Shown piece after piece: positions 46,003-54,025 of a stretch of 64,000 bases of DNA (its first letter is position 1; the number at the start of each line of letters is the position of its first letter). The notes below the pieces were generated by a model. It searched no databases and was not told the DNA's origin. It saw nothing but the letters and a program-made list of their open reading frames with translations. The translations under genes and the position numbers were made by a program. Origin of the DNA: Candidatus Binataceae bacterium (GTDB lineage Bacteria; Desulfobacterota; Binatia; Binatales; Binataceae). The stretch lies in contig JADMIL010000006.1 in NCBI GenBank assembly GCA_015478645.1, positions 29,609 through 93,608 of the forward strand. The letters are read 5' to 3'.

Positions 46003-46152
46003 TGTGGGTATATGCGGAAGCCGCTGTCGACGCGGTAAACGAGAAGACCGAGAAATTTCCGCGCTCATCAAAGCGCGGACCGCCTGAGCAACATTATCGA
46101 CGCGAGCGGCGCAGGCATGCGCGATCGCCCGGGCACCCTCACCGGCCGCCCC

Positions 46153-47760
46153 TCAATGGGCGCCGGCGGGCGCTTTGCCGCGTGTGCGCGGAAGTAAGAA
46201 GCACATCGCCAGCCCGACCAGCATCAGGTACGCGAGCATCCGGTAGATGCTGTTGAGCGACAGGATCATCGCCTGCGCCTGCACCTGGCTGTAAAGCATG
46301 CCGAGGCCCTGCTTCTGTCCGTTGACCATCTCGTGCATGTAATTGAAAGTCATTCCGCCGGGCATGCTGGCCGGTGTGCGGCTCAGGCGCCAGGCGTCGA
46401 AGACCGTCACGTGCTCGACCAGCCGGCTCTGCTGCACCTGCTCGCGCCGCACCAGCATGGTGGTGAGCACGGAGGTGCCGATCGACCCGCCGATATTGCG
46501 TGACATCGAAAACAGGCTCGCCCCGTAGCCCATCTGCTCGCGCGGGATCGAGCTCAGCGCGGCGGCCGAGAGGTTGGGAAAGATCAGGCCCATCCCGACG
46601 CCCTGGACGATGGTCGGTCCGACGAAGTTCCAGGTCGACATGTTGAGATCGAGGCTGCCCAACTGCCAGCTTGCCAGGCCGATCAGGATAAAGCCAAAGC
46701 CGACCAGCGGCCGCGTATCGACGCCGCGCTTGGCGATACCGCCGAGAAAGAACATCGCGACCATCAGGCCGATCCCGCGCGGCGCCATCGCCAGTCCGGC
46801 CTTCGACGCGGTGTAGCCAAGCAGGCTTTGCAGGAAGACCGGATTGAGAATCTGCATGCCGTAGGCGGTAAACGTCATCATGATCAGCAGGATGGTCGGC
46901 ACGCTGAACTTGCGATTGTTGAGGATGCGCACCTGGACGATCGGCTCCGGCGTGCGCCATTCATGGACGATCAGGATGATGAAGGCGGCTCCCGCGATGA
47001 AGGAGAAGTACCAGACCCACGGGGTGGCGAACCAATCCGCGCGGTCGCCGCGGTCCATCACGATTTCGCCCATCCCGAGCGCAAGCACCAGGCAGACGAT
47101 TCCGATCCAGTCGGCGCGGCCCTGGCCTTTGAGTTTCTTCAGGTAGGGCGGATCGTGGACGAAGGTCGAGACCATGAAGGCCGCCGCGATTCCGATCGGC
47201 AGGTTGATATAGAAATTCCAGCGCCAGTTCCAGTTGTCGGTGATATAGCCGCCGACCGTCGGACCCATGATCGGCGCGACCATCATGCCGATGCCCCATA
47301 CCGCCATCGCCAGCGTCTGTTCGTTGGGCGGAAAGGTCTCCATCAGGATGGCTTGCGAGAGCGGCTGCAAGGCGGCGCCGGCGATGCCCTGGATAAAGCG
47401 GAACGCGACCATCTGGTTGAGGGTCTGCGCCGCGCCGCACAGCGCCGACGAAGCGACGAAGGTCGCGATCGAGATCATGAAGTAGCGTTTGCGGCCGAAC
47501 TGCCCGGCGATCCATCCGGTGGTCGGGATCATGATGCCGGCGGCGACCAGATAGGTGGTCACGACCCAGGTGATCTCGTCGACGGTCGCCGAGAAGCTGC
47601 CCTGCATGTGGGGCAGGGCGACGTTGACGATCGAGCTGTCGAGCACTTCGAGGATCGTGCAGAGAATTACCGACGCGGCAATGATCCATTTGCGCGCCGA
47701 TTCGGCAGCACTGTGATGAGCCGGCGCGGTGATCGCCGCCGCTGAGGCACCATCCTCCAT
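46153..47760 (-). CDS. MFS transporter, DHA2 (EmrB/QacA, 14-TMS) drug:H+ antiporter family
   Basis: LDSSIVNVALPHMQGSF, GWIAGQFGRKR, and about 14 hydrophobic segments over 535 aa. Confidence 0.9.
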   Translation of the reverse strand: MEDGASAAAITAPAHHSAAESARKWIIAASVILCTILEVLDSSIVNVALPHMQGSFSATVDEITWVVTTYLVAAGIMIPTTGWIAGQFGRKRYFMISIATFVASSALCGAAQTLNQMVAFRFIQGIAGAALQPLSQAILMETFPPNEQTLAMAVWGIGMMVAPIMGPTVGGYITDNWNWRWNFYINLPIGIAAAFMVSTFVHDPPYLKKLKGQGRADWIGIVCLVLALGMGEIVMDRGDRADWFATPWVWYFSFIAGAAFIILIVHEWRTPEPIVQVRILNNRKFSVPTILLIMMTFTAYGMQILNPVFLQSLLGYTASKAGLAMAPRGIGLMVAMFFLGGIAKRGVDTRPLVGFGFILIGLASWQLGSLDLNMSTWNFVGPTIVQGVGMGLIFPNLSAAALSSIPREQMGYGASLFSMSRNIGGSIGTSVLTTMLVRREQVQQSRLVEHVTVFDAWRLSRTPASMPGGMTFNYMHEMVNGQKQGLGMLYSQVQAQAMILSLNSIYRMLAYLMLVGLAMCFLLPRTRGKAPAGAH

Positions 47761-48112
47761 CCGTTACCCCAAAATGCCGCCGCGGCCGGCGCAAATTATC
47801 ACGCGGGCGGGCGCATCACGCATTCTTAACACTGCAAAGACTTATCGGCGATCGGGCGGCAGGCCTAGCCGGGAACTCCGGTCGCGTCCGGCGGTCCGGA
47901 GGTGGCGGGAAGCGATCCTCGGCTGGCGCGGCGCCGCCGCTAACCAACCAGCGAGCGTAACACGCAACCGCCTTTAGTCAACCATCGGAGACGGTGGCAT
48001 GGGCGGCAGCGATCCGGGTCCGATTTCCGGGGAGGGAAGCGCGCTTTACCGATTGTCGATCGAGGCGAGCCTCAGGAGGTCGACGGAGGCGAGCGCGGCC
48101 GGATGGGGCGGT

Positions 48113-48355
48113 CTACCGCGATTGCATCGAGAGCGCGACGGACAGCCCGATCGGCCGCTGATTCGCGGCGGATCGCGTCATGGGGGCGGGCGTCGTATGA
48201 CTCATCGAGCCGATCGTCATCAGGCTGGGGACGAGTCGCGTGCCGTAATCGCGCAGGTCGAGGGCGAGCAGCGCGAACAGGAAAACCAGGACGGCGAATC
48301 CCAGGGTGAGCAGTTGGCGCTGCTCTTCGATCATAATTGCCCGAGCCCTATCCAT
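48113..48355 (-). CDS. Small hypothetical membrane protein (80 aa)
   Basis: AAGGAG RBS 9 nt upstream of the ATG. One clear TM helix LLTLGFAVLVFLFALLALDL. No family recognised. Confidence 0.35.
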   Translation of the reverse strand: MDRARAIMIEEQRQLLTLGFAVLVFLFALLALDLRDYGTRLVPSLMTIGSMSHTTPAPMTRSAANQRPIGLSVALSMQSR

Positions 48356-49090
48356 CTTCGGTCGCTCCTTTCGCGGCGCGCTGCCCGAGCGCGTTAATTA
48401 ACGCTCGCCGGCGTGCGGTGAGAATCATTCGCTCTCGCTTGAACGCATGAATCATGTGCGAATGACGTGCCAAGGAGCACGGCCGCAAACTAATCGAAAA
48501 CCCCAACGAAATCAGAGCGGCTATGAACTAAGCCGGAGACCCGATGCAATTCCGTCGATCGCGATGTAGCCGGCTGAAACAATTCTGTTTCGCGGATGGA
48601 ACATCGCCGCAGGGCCGTTCCGAGCGCTCGCGTGCGGCACTCGCGTAGCGGATGAGTGGTCGGACGAGGCCAGCGCCGCGACTACTATTTGCTATCCGAT
48701 CGCTACCGCGAGGCGACTGCGCCCTTGCGGCGATCCGCACGGCAGGGGCTCGGTGGCGATGGGCGCTAGCGTCGGCGGCGGGCTGAACGTCGGATGAATG
48801 TTGCAGAGCAGCCACCTCGAGGGCGACCTTGCAACGTAAATTTGCGTCAAGTGGCGATTGGATGACCGCAACCGACTCTCAGTTGCAATTCTGCGCCAGA
48901 TATTCTCAGCAATAGCACAATTGATGCTATTTTATCGGGACGATAACTCTTGTCTCCAACTTCATCCAATGAAATTCAGATGCGCGATGCTGGTCGAGGC
49001 ATATTTCAGTTAATCGATCCTTGCGCAACGCTGGAACACCTCTTGCTCACTGCCTTATCCGCCGAACACGCATCGGTCGGGGGCAAGATT

Positions 49091-49936
49091 ATGAACCTGA
49101 AACTCGAAGAACTGCGCAAGCGACTGCTTGAACCGGTGCCGACGTCAAATGGCTCTGGAACCTCGGTCTACAAGCGGAGTTCGGCCGAGATCTTCGTCGC
49201 CAGCCAGAAAACCGGTGAAGCGGTCAGGAACGCCGCTAGCGAGACGGCACCGGCCAGCGTGATGGTTGAGAGTGCCACGCATTACGAGCCGCTCATCGCT
49301 CCGCCGATCGGTAACGATTATGTCTCTGCGGCCAACACGCCGAACGGCGTGCGCGAGGCCGTGCTGCGATATGCGGAAAAGGCCACGATCAATTCCACCA
49401 TCGGGGAAGATGCCATGGATTCGAACAGCCAGTACCAGGTCGCCCAGGCCGTCGCCAAAGTCTTCGAGCAGGTCAAGGTCTTCGAAGATCGCTTTGCCGA
49501 ATTGACCAAGACTTTCGAGCCGGTCGAGTGTCTGGCGCAGTCCGCGGCTAAATCGTTCACGCCGCTGCGCACCTTTCAGGAGCAGCTTGCACAGCTCTCG
49601 CGATCGTTCGAACCGATGCGGACCTTCCAGGCCCAGCTCGCCGAACTGGCGCAGAGCTTCGAGCCGATGAAGGGCTTGCAGCGTCAGCTCGCGCTGCTCT
49701 CCGACGCTTTCGAAATCAATATCGGGCAACTGGTGCGCTCGCTCGATCCGGCGCGCGAATTTCAACTCTCGCTGCTCAAGCTGGCGCGTTCGTTCGAGCC
49801 GGCGATCGATCTGCAGAGCGATTTCGCGCTGCTCGCGGACACCTTCCGCAGCGCGCGCCCCGAGTTGGCGATCAATAGCAACGGCATTGGTAATGGCAAC
49901 GGCGTCGCGCCGGCGATCGCCGACGCTCAGCATTAA
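49091..49936 (+). CDS. 'FEP-repeat' protein, paralog A (unrecognised family)
   Basis: Start at ATG 49091 (MNLKLEELRKRLLEP). The C-terminal ~130 aa are ~17-residue repeats: FEPVECLAQSAAKS / FTPLRTFQEQLAQLSRS / FEPMRTFQAQLAELAQS / FEPMKGLQRQLALLSDA / ... / FEPAIDLQSDFALLADT. Collinear with 59353..60297. Confidence 0.75.
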   Translation: MNLKLEELRKRLLEPVPTSNGSGTSVYKRSSAEIFVASQKTGEAVRNAASETAPASVMVESATHYEPLIAPPIGNDYVSAANTPNGVREAVLRYAEKATINSTIGEDAMDSNSQYQVAQAVAKVFEQVKVFEDRFAELTKTFEPVECLAQSAAKSFTPLRTFQEQLAQLSRSFEPMRTFQAQLAELAQSFEPMKGLQRQLALLSDAFEINIGQLVRSLDPAREFQLSLLKLARSFEPAIDLQSDFALLADTFRSARPELAINSNGIGNGNGVAPAIADAQH

Positions 49937-50003
49937 GCCGACGCCCGGCATCAAGCCAACGTATCCGGTGGTGGTCTTAAGGTAAGGGTGGGGGATACGT
50001 TGC

Positions 50004-50042
50004 CGCGCCGCACGGTGATCGCCGTGCGGCGCGTTTTCTTTT
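50004..50042 (+). terminator. Rho-independent terminator of FEP-repeat paralog A
   Basis: 12-bp perfect stem CGCGCCGCACGG (50004-50015) / CCGTGCGGCGCG (50022-50033), 6-nt loop, then TTTTCTTTT. Confidence 0.8.
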
Positions 50043-50211
50043 GGCGCCGCCGCTCACCGGCGCGGACAATCCGCTGAGCGTCTTCTTCAAATCATTCGCA
50101 CATCAATCCGCGCGTGCGACCCCGACGTTCAGCGTTGGACAGCGACCGGCGCAGTTTCGTAGAGTCGCCGGAGATGAAACGATCGCGCCGCGGACGATGG
50201 CCGCAAGCCCC

Positions 50212-51381
50212 ATGTTGAATATGAAAGATCGCACGGCGATCGCCGGCGCAGGCAGTTCCGTCTACGGCCGGCGCCTGATGCGCAGTCCGATCGATCTTGC
50301 CGCCGACGCGCTGGCCGCCGCACTCGACGACGCCGGCCTGGGCCGCGCCGAACTCGACGGCCTGGTGGTCAGCTTTGGCACGCCGATCGGCGCCGACGGC
50401 GACACCATCGCGCAGGTTCTCGGGCTTAAGCTGCGCGCCTTCAACCAGACCTGGGCGCACGGCCGCTTCACCGCAAGCTGTATCCAGTGGGCGGCCCTGA
50501 TGGTCGCGGCGGGTATGGCCAGCGCCGTCGCCTGCATGGCGTCGGTGAGCTTCTCGGGGCTGCGCAAGCCGGCGATGGGCGGGGCGGGCGATGCCGAAGG
50601 CGCGCGCGAAGCCGGCGGCAGCCACGGCCAGGATCCGGCGTACGGCATGACCTCGCCCGGCGCCGGCGCGGCGCTGGTCGCACGGCGCTACTTCGAGCGC
50701 TACGGCGCGACCGCCCGCGACCTTGCCGCGATCCCGGTCGCGTTTCGCAAACACGCCGCGCTCAACCCCGGCGCGATGATGCGCGAGCCGATGTCGATCG
50801 ACGACCATCAACGCTCGCGCTTCATCTGCGAGCCGCTGCGGCTGCTCGACTATTGCCTGATCAACGACGGCGCGGCCTGCGTGATCGTGACCAGCGCGGA
50901 GCGCGCGCGCGATTTGAAAAAGCCCCCGGTGTACATCGGCGGGATGCAGCCGCTGCCGGCCGGACGCGAGGAGTTCATCTGGGCCTATCCCGGCTTCGGC
51001 GTGCTGCAGCAGGCGGTCGCCGACTATGATGCCGGTCTGCAACCGGTCTACAAAATGGCGGAGGTGGCGCCCAAAGATCTTGACGCGCTGTTCAGCTACG
51101 ACGCCTTTTCGATCCTGCCATGGATCGCGCTCGAGCGCTTTGGCTTCTGCAAGCCGGGCGAAGCGGCCGGCTTCACCGCCGGCGGACGGATCGAACTGGG
51201 CGGCGCGCTGCCGATGAACACCAACGGCGGACTGCTCTCCGAGGGGCATATCATGGCCTGGAATCATCAGGTCGAGATCGTGCGCCAGTTGCGCGGCGAA
51301 TGCGGCGCGCGCCAGATCAAGGACGCGGCGCTGATCCAGTGGGCCAACTGTTACGGCGATTCGTTGATCTATCACCGCTGA
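50212..51381 (+). CDS. Thiolase-like protein (SCP-x / lipid-transfer-protein type)
   Basis: MLNMKDRTAIAGAGSSVYGRR... (start at 50212 or 50221). Thiolase-fold C-terminus NTNGGLLSEGH...GxN. Followed by a DUF35 gene, the usual partner. Confidence 0.78.
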   Translation: MLNMKDRTAIAGAGSSVYGRRLMRSPIDLAADALAAALDDAGLGRAELDGLVVSFGTPIGADGDTIAQVLGLKLRAFNQTWAHGRFTASCIQWAALMVAAGMASAVACMASVSFSGLRKPAMGGAGDAEGAREAGGSHGQDPAYGMTSPGAGAALVARRYFERYGATARDLAAIPVAFRKHAALNPGAMMREPMSIDDHQRSRFICEPLRLLDYCLINDGAACVIVTSAERARDLKKPPVYIGGMQPLPAGREEFIWAYPGFGVLQQAVADYDAGLQPVYKMAEVAPKDLDALFSYDAFSILPWIALERFGFCKPGEAAGFTAGGRIELGGALPMNTNGGLLSEGHIMAWNHQVEIVRQLRGECGARQIKDAALIQWANCYGDSLIYHR

Positions 51382-51418
51382 GCGATCGAACGAGCCGCCA
51401 GCCAAGCCGGATGCGACG

Positions 51419-51844
51419 ATGAAGATGGCCAACCCCAACTACAGCAAACCGCTGCCCGCGATCTCGGAGCTCAATCGGCCCTACTGGGACGGGCTTAAGA
51501 ATCATCGGTTGCGCCTGCAGCAATGCGCGGCGTGCGCCACGATCTGGTCGCCGCCGGCGCCGCTATGCCCGCGCTGCTGGTCGCGCGAGATCGTCTGGAC
51601 CGATCTGAGCGGCCGCGGCCGGGTTAATTCGTGGGTGATCTTCCATCAATCGTATTTCCGCGGCTTCGAGGGCGAACTGCCCTACAATGTCGCCGAAGTC
51701 GAACTCGACGAGGGACCGCGCCTGCTGACCAACCTGGTCGGCGTCGACCACGCCGCGATCCGCGCCGGGATGCGCGTCGAGATTGTCTTCGACGAAGTGA
51801 CCGAGGCGATCACGCTGGCCAAATTTCGCCCAATCGCCGAGTAG
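51419..51844 (+). CDS. DUF35 Zn-ribbon / OB-fold protein
   Basis: YWDGLKNHRLRLQQCAACATIWSPPAPLCPRCWS...GRGRVNSWVIFH...PYNVAEVELDEGPRLLTNL. Confidence 0.82.
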   Translation: MKMANPNYSKPLPAISELNRPYWDGLKNHRLRLQQCAACATIWSPPAPLCPRCWSREIVWTDLSGRGRVNSWVIFHQSYFRGFEGELPYNVAEVELDEGPRLLTNLVGVDHAAIRAGMRVEIVFDEVTEAITLAKFRPIAE

Positions 51845-51969
51845 CCGCCCGCGCGCCGAATGAACCGCGCCGGGATGCCGGTTGGACAATCCGCGGCACA
51901 TTTTGTAGTTTAACTCCAAAGCCCATTCTGGCTGATACGCTTTTTCGTCGTCACGGGGAGGTGCAATTG

Positions 51970-53223
51970 ATGGCCGACAAACCGCGCATGCTTGAAGGTT
52001 TCCGCGTTCTGGATTTCACCCAATTCGTCGCTGGTCCGACCTGCACCCGGCTGCTCGCCGAGATGGGCGCCGAGGTGGTCAAACTCGAACTCGCACCCGA
52101 GGGTGATCGGGTCCGCGGCGGCGGGCTTAAGCCGATGAAGCCCGAGCTCAAGGATTCCAGCCACAGCACCTATTACATGCAGCACGACCACAGCAAGCTC
52201 AGCCTGGCGATCGATATGAAGAAGCCCGGCGCGCGCGATCTGATCATGTCGATGCTGCCGAAGTTCGACGTGCTGGTCGAAAATTTCGCCCCCGGCGTGA
52301 TCAAGCGCCTGGGCTTCTCCTACGAGGACGTGAAAAAGGCTAATCCGCAGATCATCATGTGCTCGATCTCGATGGCCGGGCAGACCGGACCGCTATCGGA
52401 TAAGGCCGGCTACGATTATATCGGGCAGGCCTACGCCGGCATCACCGACGGTATCGGCGAGCTCGATCGCGCGCCGTCGGTCACCACCATGGCGATCGGC
52501 GACGTCTCGACCGGCGTGGCGGCCGCGATGGCGGTGGGTTTCGCGCTGATTCATCGCGAGCGCACCGGCGAAGGCCAATACCTCGACGCCTCGCTGCTCG
52601 ACACCTATTTCCATATGCATGAGGCCAACGTGCCGCAGGTTTCGCTGCGCGGCGAAAAGTACCGGCCGACGCGCAACGGCTCACAGCATCCGGGCGGCGG
52701 TCCGACCGGCATCTATCATTACCGCGGCGAGCAGTACGTCTATCTGTGCGTGCCGACGGCGCATCAGTGGGTCCAGCTCTGCCGCGCGATGGGGATGCCC
52801 GATCTGGCGACCGATCCGCGCTTCAAGCATGCGCGCGGCCGGCGCGACAACAACGCCGAGCTGCAGCGGATTATCGAGGACTGGCTCGCCACGCACGACC
52901 AGCGCGACGACGCGATCGCGGCGCTGGACAAAGAGCGCGTGCCTTGCGCTCCCGTGCTGACGGTCAACGAGGCGGTCAACCATCCGCATCACAACGAACG
53001 CAAGACCGTGCGCTGGATCGCAGATCCGCTGCTCGGCAAGGTCGCGATTCCCGCCGTGCCGGTCAAGTTTTCGGCGTGGCCCGATCGCATGGAACTGCGT
53101 TCGGCGCGCCTGGGCGAGGACAACGAGCGCGTGCTGCACGATTTTGCCGGACTGTCGAAGGAGCAGATCGAGAAGCTCTACGGCGAGGGCGTGCTGGTCC
53201 GGGACGCGACGCTGCCCAAGTAG
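51970..53223 (+). CDS. Family III CoA-transferase (CaiB/BaiF)
   Basis: ATG 51970 after GGGGAGG. MLEGFRVLDFTQFVAGPTCTRLLAEMGAEVVKLE...DVLVENFAPGV...AGYDYIGQAYAG. Confidence 0.88.
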   Translation: MADKPRMLEGFRVLDFTQFVAGPTCTRLLAEMGAEVVKLELAPEGDRVRGGGLKPMKPELKDSSHSTYYMQHDHSKLSLAIDMKKPGARDLIMSMLPKFDVLVENFAPGVIKRLGFSYEDVKKANPQIIMCSISMAGQTGPLSDKAGYDYIGQAYAGITDGIGELDRAPSVTTMAIGDVSTGVAAAMAVGFALIHRERTGEGQYLDASLLDTYFHMHEANVPQVSLRGEKYRPTRNGSQHPGGGPTGIYHYRGEQYVYLCVPTAHQWVQLCRAMGMPDLATDPRFKHARGRRDNNAELQRIIEDWLATHDQRDDAIAALDKERVPCAPVLTVNEAVNHPHHNERKTVRWIADPLLGKVAIPAVPVKFSAWPDRMELRSARLGEDNERVLHDFAGLSKEQIEKLYGEGVLVRDATLPK

Positions 53224-53280
53224 CGGCTACCGGCCGGCCGACTGACTATTCGTTTCGGCTGACGACTGACTAATCAAACA

Positions 53281-53320
53281 GGGGCGGTGCGGGTTCTCCC
53301 GCTCCGCCCCTGACTTTTTT
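53281..53320 (+). terminator. Rho-independent terminator after the CoA-transferase gene
   Basis: GGGGCGGTGCGGG ttctc CCGCTCCGCCCC hairpin followed by TGACTTTTTT. Confidence 0.7.
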
Positions 53321-53321
53321 C

Positions 53322-53372
53322 CGCCGGGACGCGCGCGGCGCCGCGGTTAGCGCCGCCTCTTGCCGCCGGACG
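53322..53372. repeat. 51-bp direct repeat, left copy (duplicate of the 3' end of the MaoC gene at 54000)
   Basis: CGCCGGGACGCGCGCGGCGCCGCGGTTAGCGCCGCCtCTTGCCGCCGGACG matches 53975-54025 at 50 of 51 positions. Confidence 0.92.
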
Positions 53373-53389
53373 AACGGCATCATGACCCG

Positions 53390-53701
53390 TCAGGCCGCAT
53401 GCCCGCGCGGTTGCACCTGCCGTTCGACCTCCTCTTCGAGTTCTCCGCGCGTGCTTTCAAGGTCGTAATGGGCCTGAAGGTTGATCCAGAATTCCGGACC
53501 AGTGCCAAAGTAGCGTCCCAGGCGCAGCGCGGTGTCGGGGCTGATACCGCGCTCGCCCTGTACGATGGCGTAGAGCCGGTTGCTCGGTACTCGCAGCGCG
53601 AGCCCGAGCGCATTGATCGTCATGCCGAGCGGCTTGAGAAATTCCTCGTTCAGGATCTCGCCCGGAGGGGCCGGCGGAAGCTGCCGTTTGTTTCGCGCCA
53701 T
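53390..53701 (-). CDS. higA: HigA-family antitoxin (XRE HTH)
   Basis: PPAPPGEILNEEFLKPLGMTINALGLALRVPSNRLYAIVQGERGISPDTALRLGRYFGTGPEFWINLQAHYDL. Confidence 0.82.
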   Translation of the reverse strand: MARNKRQLPPAPPGEILNEEFLKPLGMTINALGLALRVPSNRLYAIVQGERGISPDTALRLGRYFGTGPEFWINLQAHYDLESTRGELEEEVERQVQPRGHAA

Positions 53702-53720
53702 TGTCCGCACTCCATGATGC

Positions 53721-53900
53721 TCAAGCGTAATGATTGGTGATCTCGACGTCGTATGCGTCGGGCGGAGTCCATCGAAAGCAAAGCCGCCACTTATCGTTGA
53801 TGCGCAAGCTGTGCTGGCCGCTGCGATCGCCCGTCAGCTTCTCCAGCTTGTTACCCGGCACCGCGACGAGCACCGCCAGCGATAGAGCCGCGTCGAGCAT
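53721..53900 (-). pseudogene. higB: N-terminally truncated HigB/RelE-family toxin remnant (59 codons)
   Basis: My translation: MLDAALSLAVLVAVPGNKLEKLTGDRSGQHSLRINDKWRLCFRWTPPDAYDVEITNHYA. This matches the C-terminal two thirds of ~92-aa HigB toxins. TAA lies two codons upstream of the ATG. Below the track's 60-aa cutoff. Confidence 0.6.
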
Positions 53901-53974
53901 CTGAAGTTAAACGTCAAGGCACCCGCAAATACAGTCCGCAGTCCTGGATTTCCAGGTTGCGGCCACCACCGGTT

Positions 53975-54025
53975 CGCCGGGACGCGCGCGGCGCCGCGGT
54001 TAGCGCCGCCGCTTGCCGCCGGACG
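53975..54025. repeat. 51-bp direct repeat, right copy (native 3' end and stop of the MaoC gene)
   Basis: Same sequence as 53322-53372 with one mismatch. Contains the stop codon (54000-54002) and the last 8 codons (...PSGGKRRR). Confidence 0.92.

Noticed and set aside
47999-48397. 132-aa plus-strand ORF in the gene-poor region.
   Set aside because: There is no RBS and the composition is Gly/Arg/Ser-rich. It is antisense to a small ORF that has a proper RBS and a TM helix. Neither is strongly supported, and the plus-strand ORF is the weaker.
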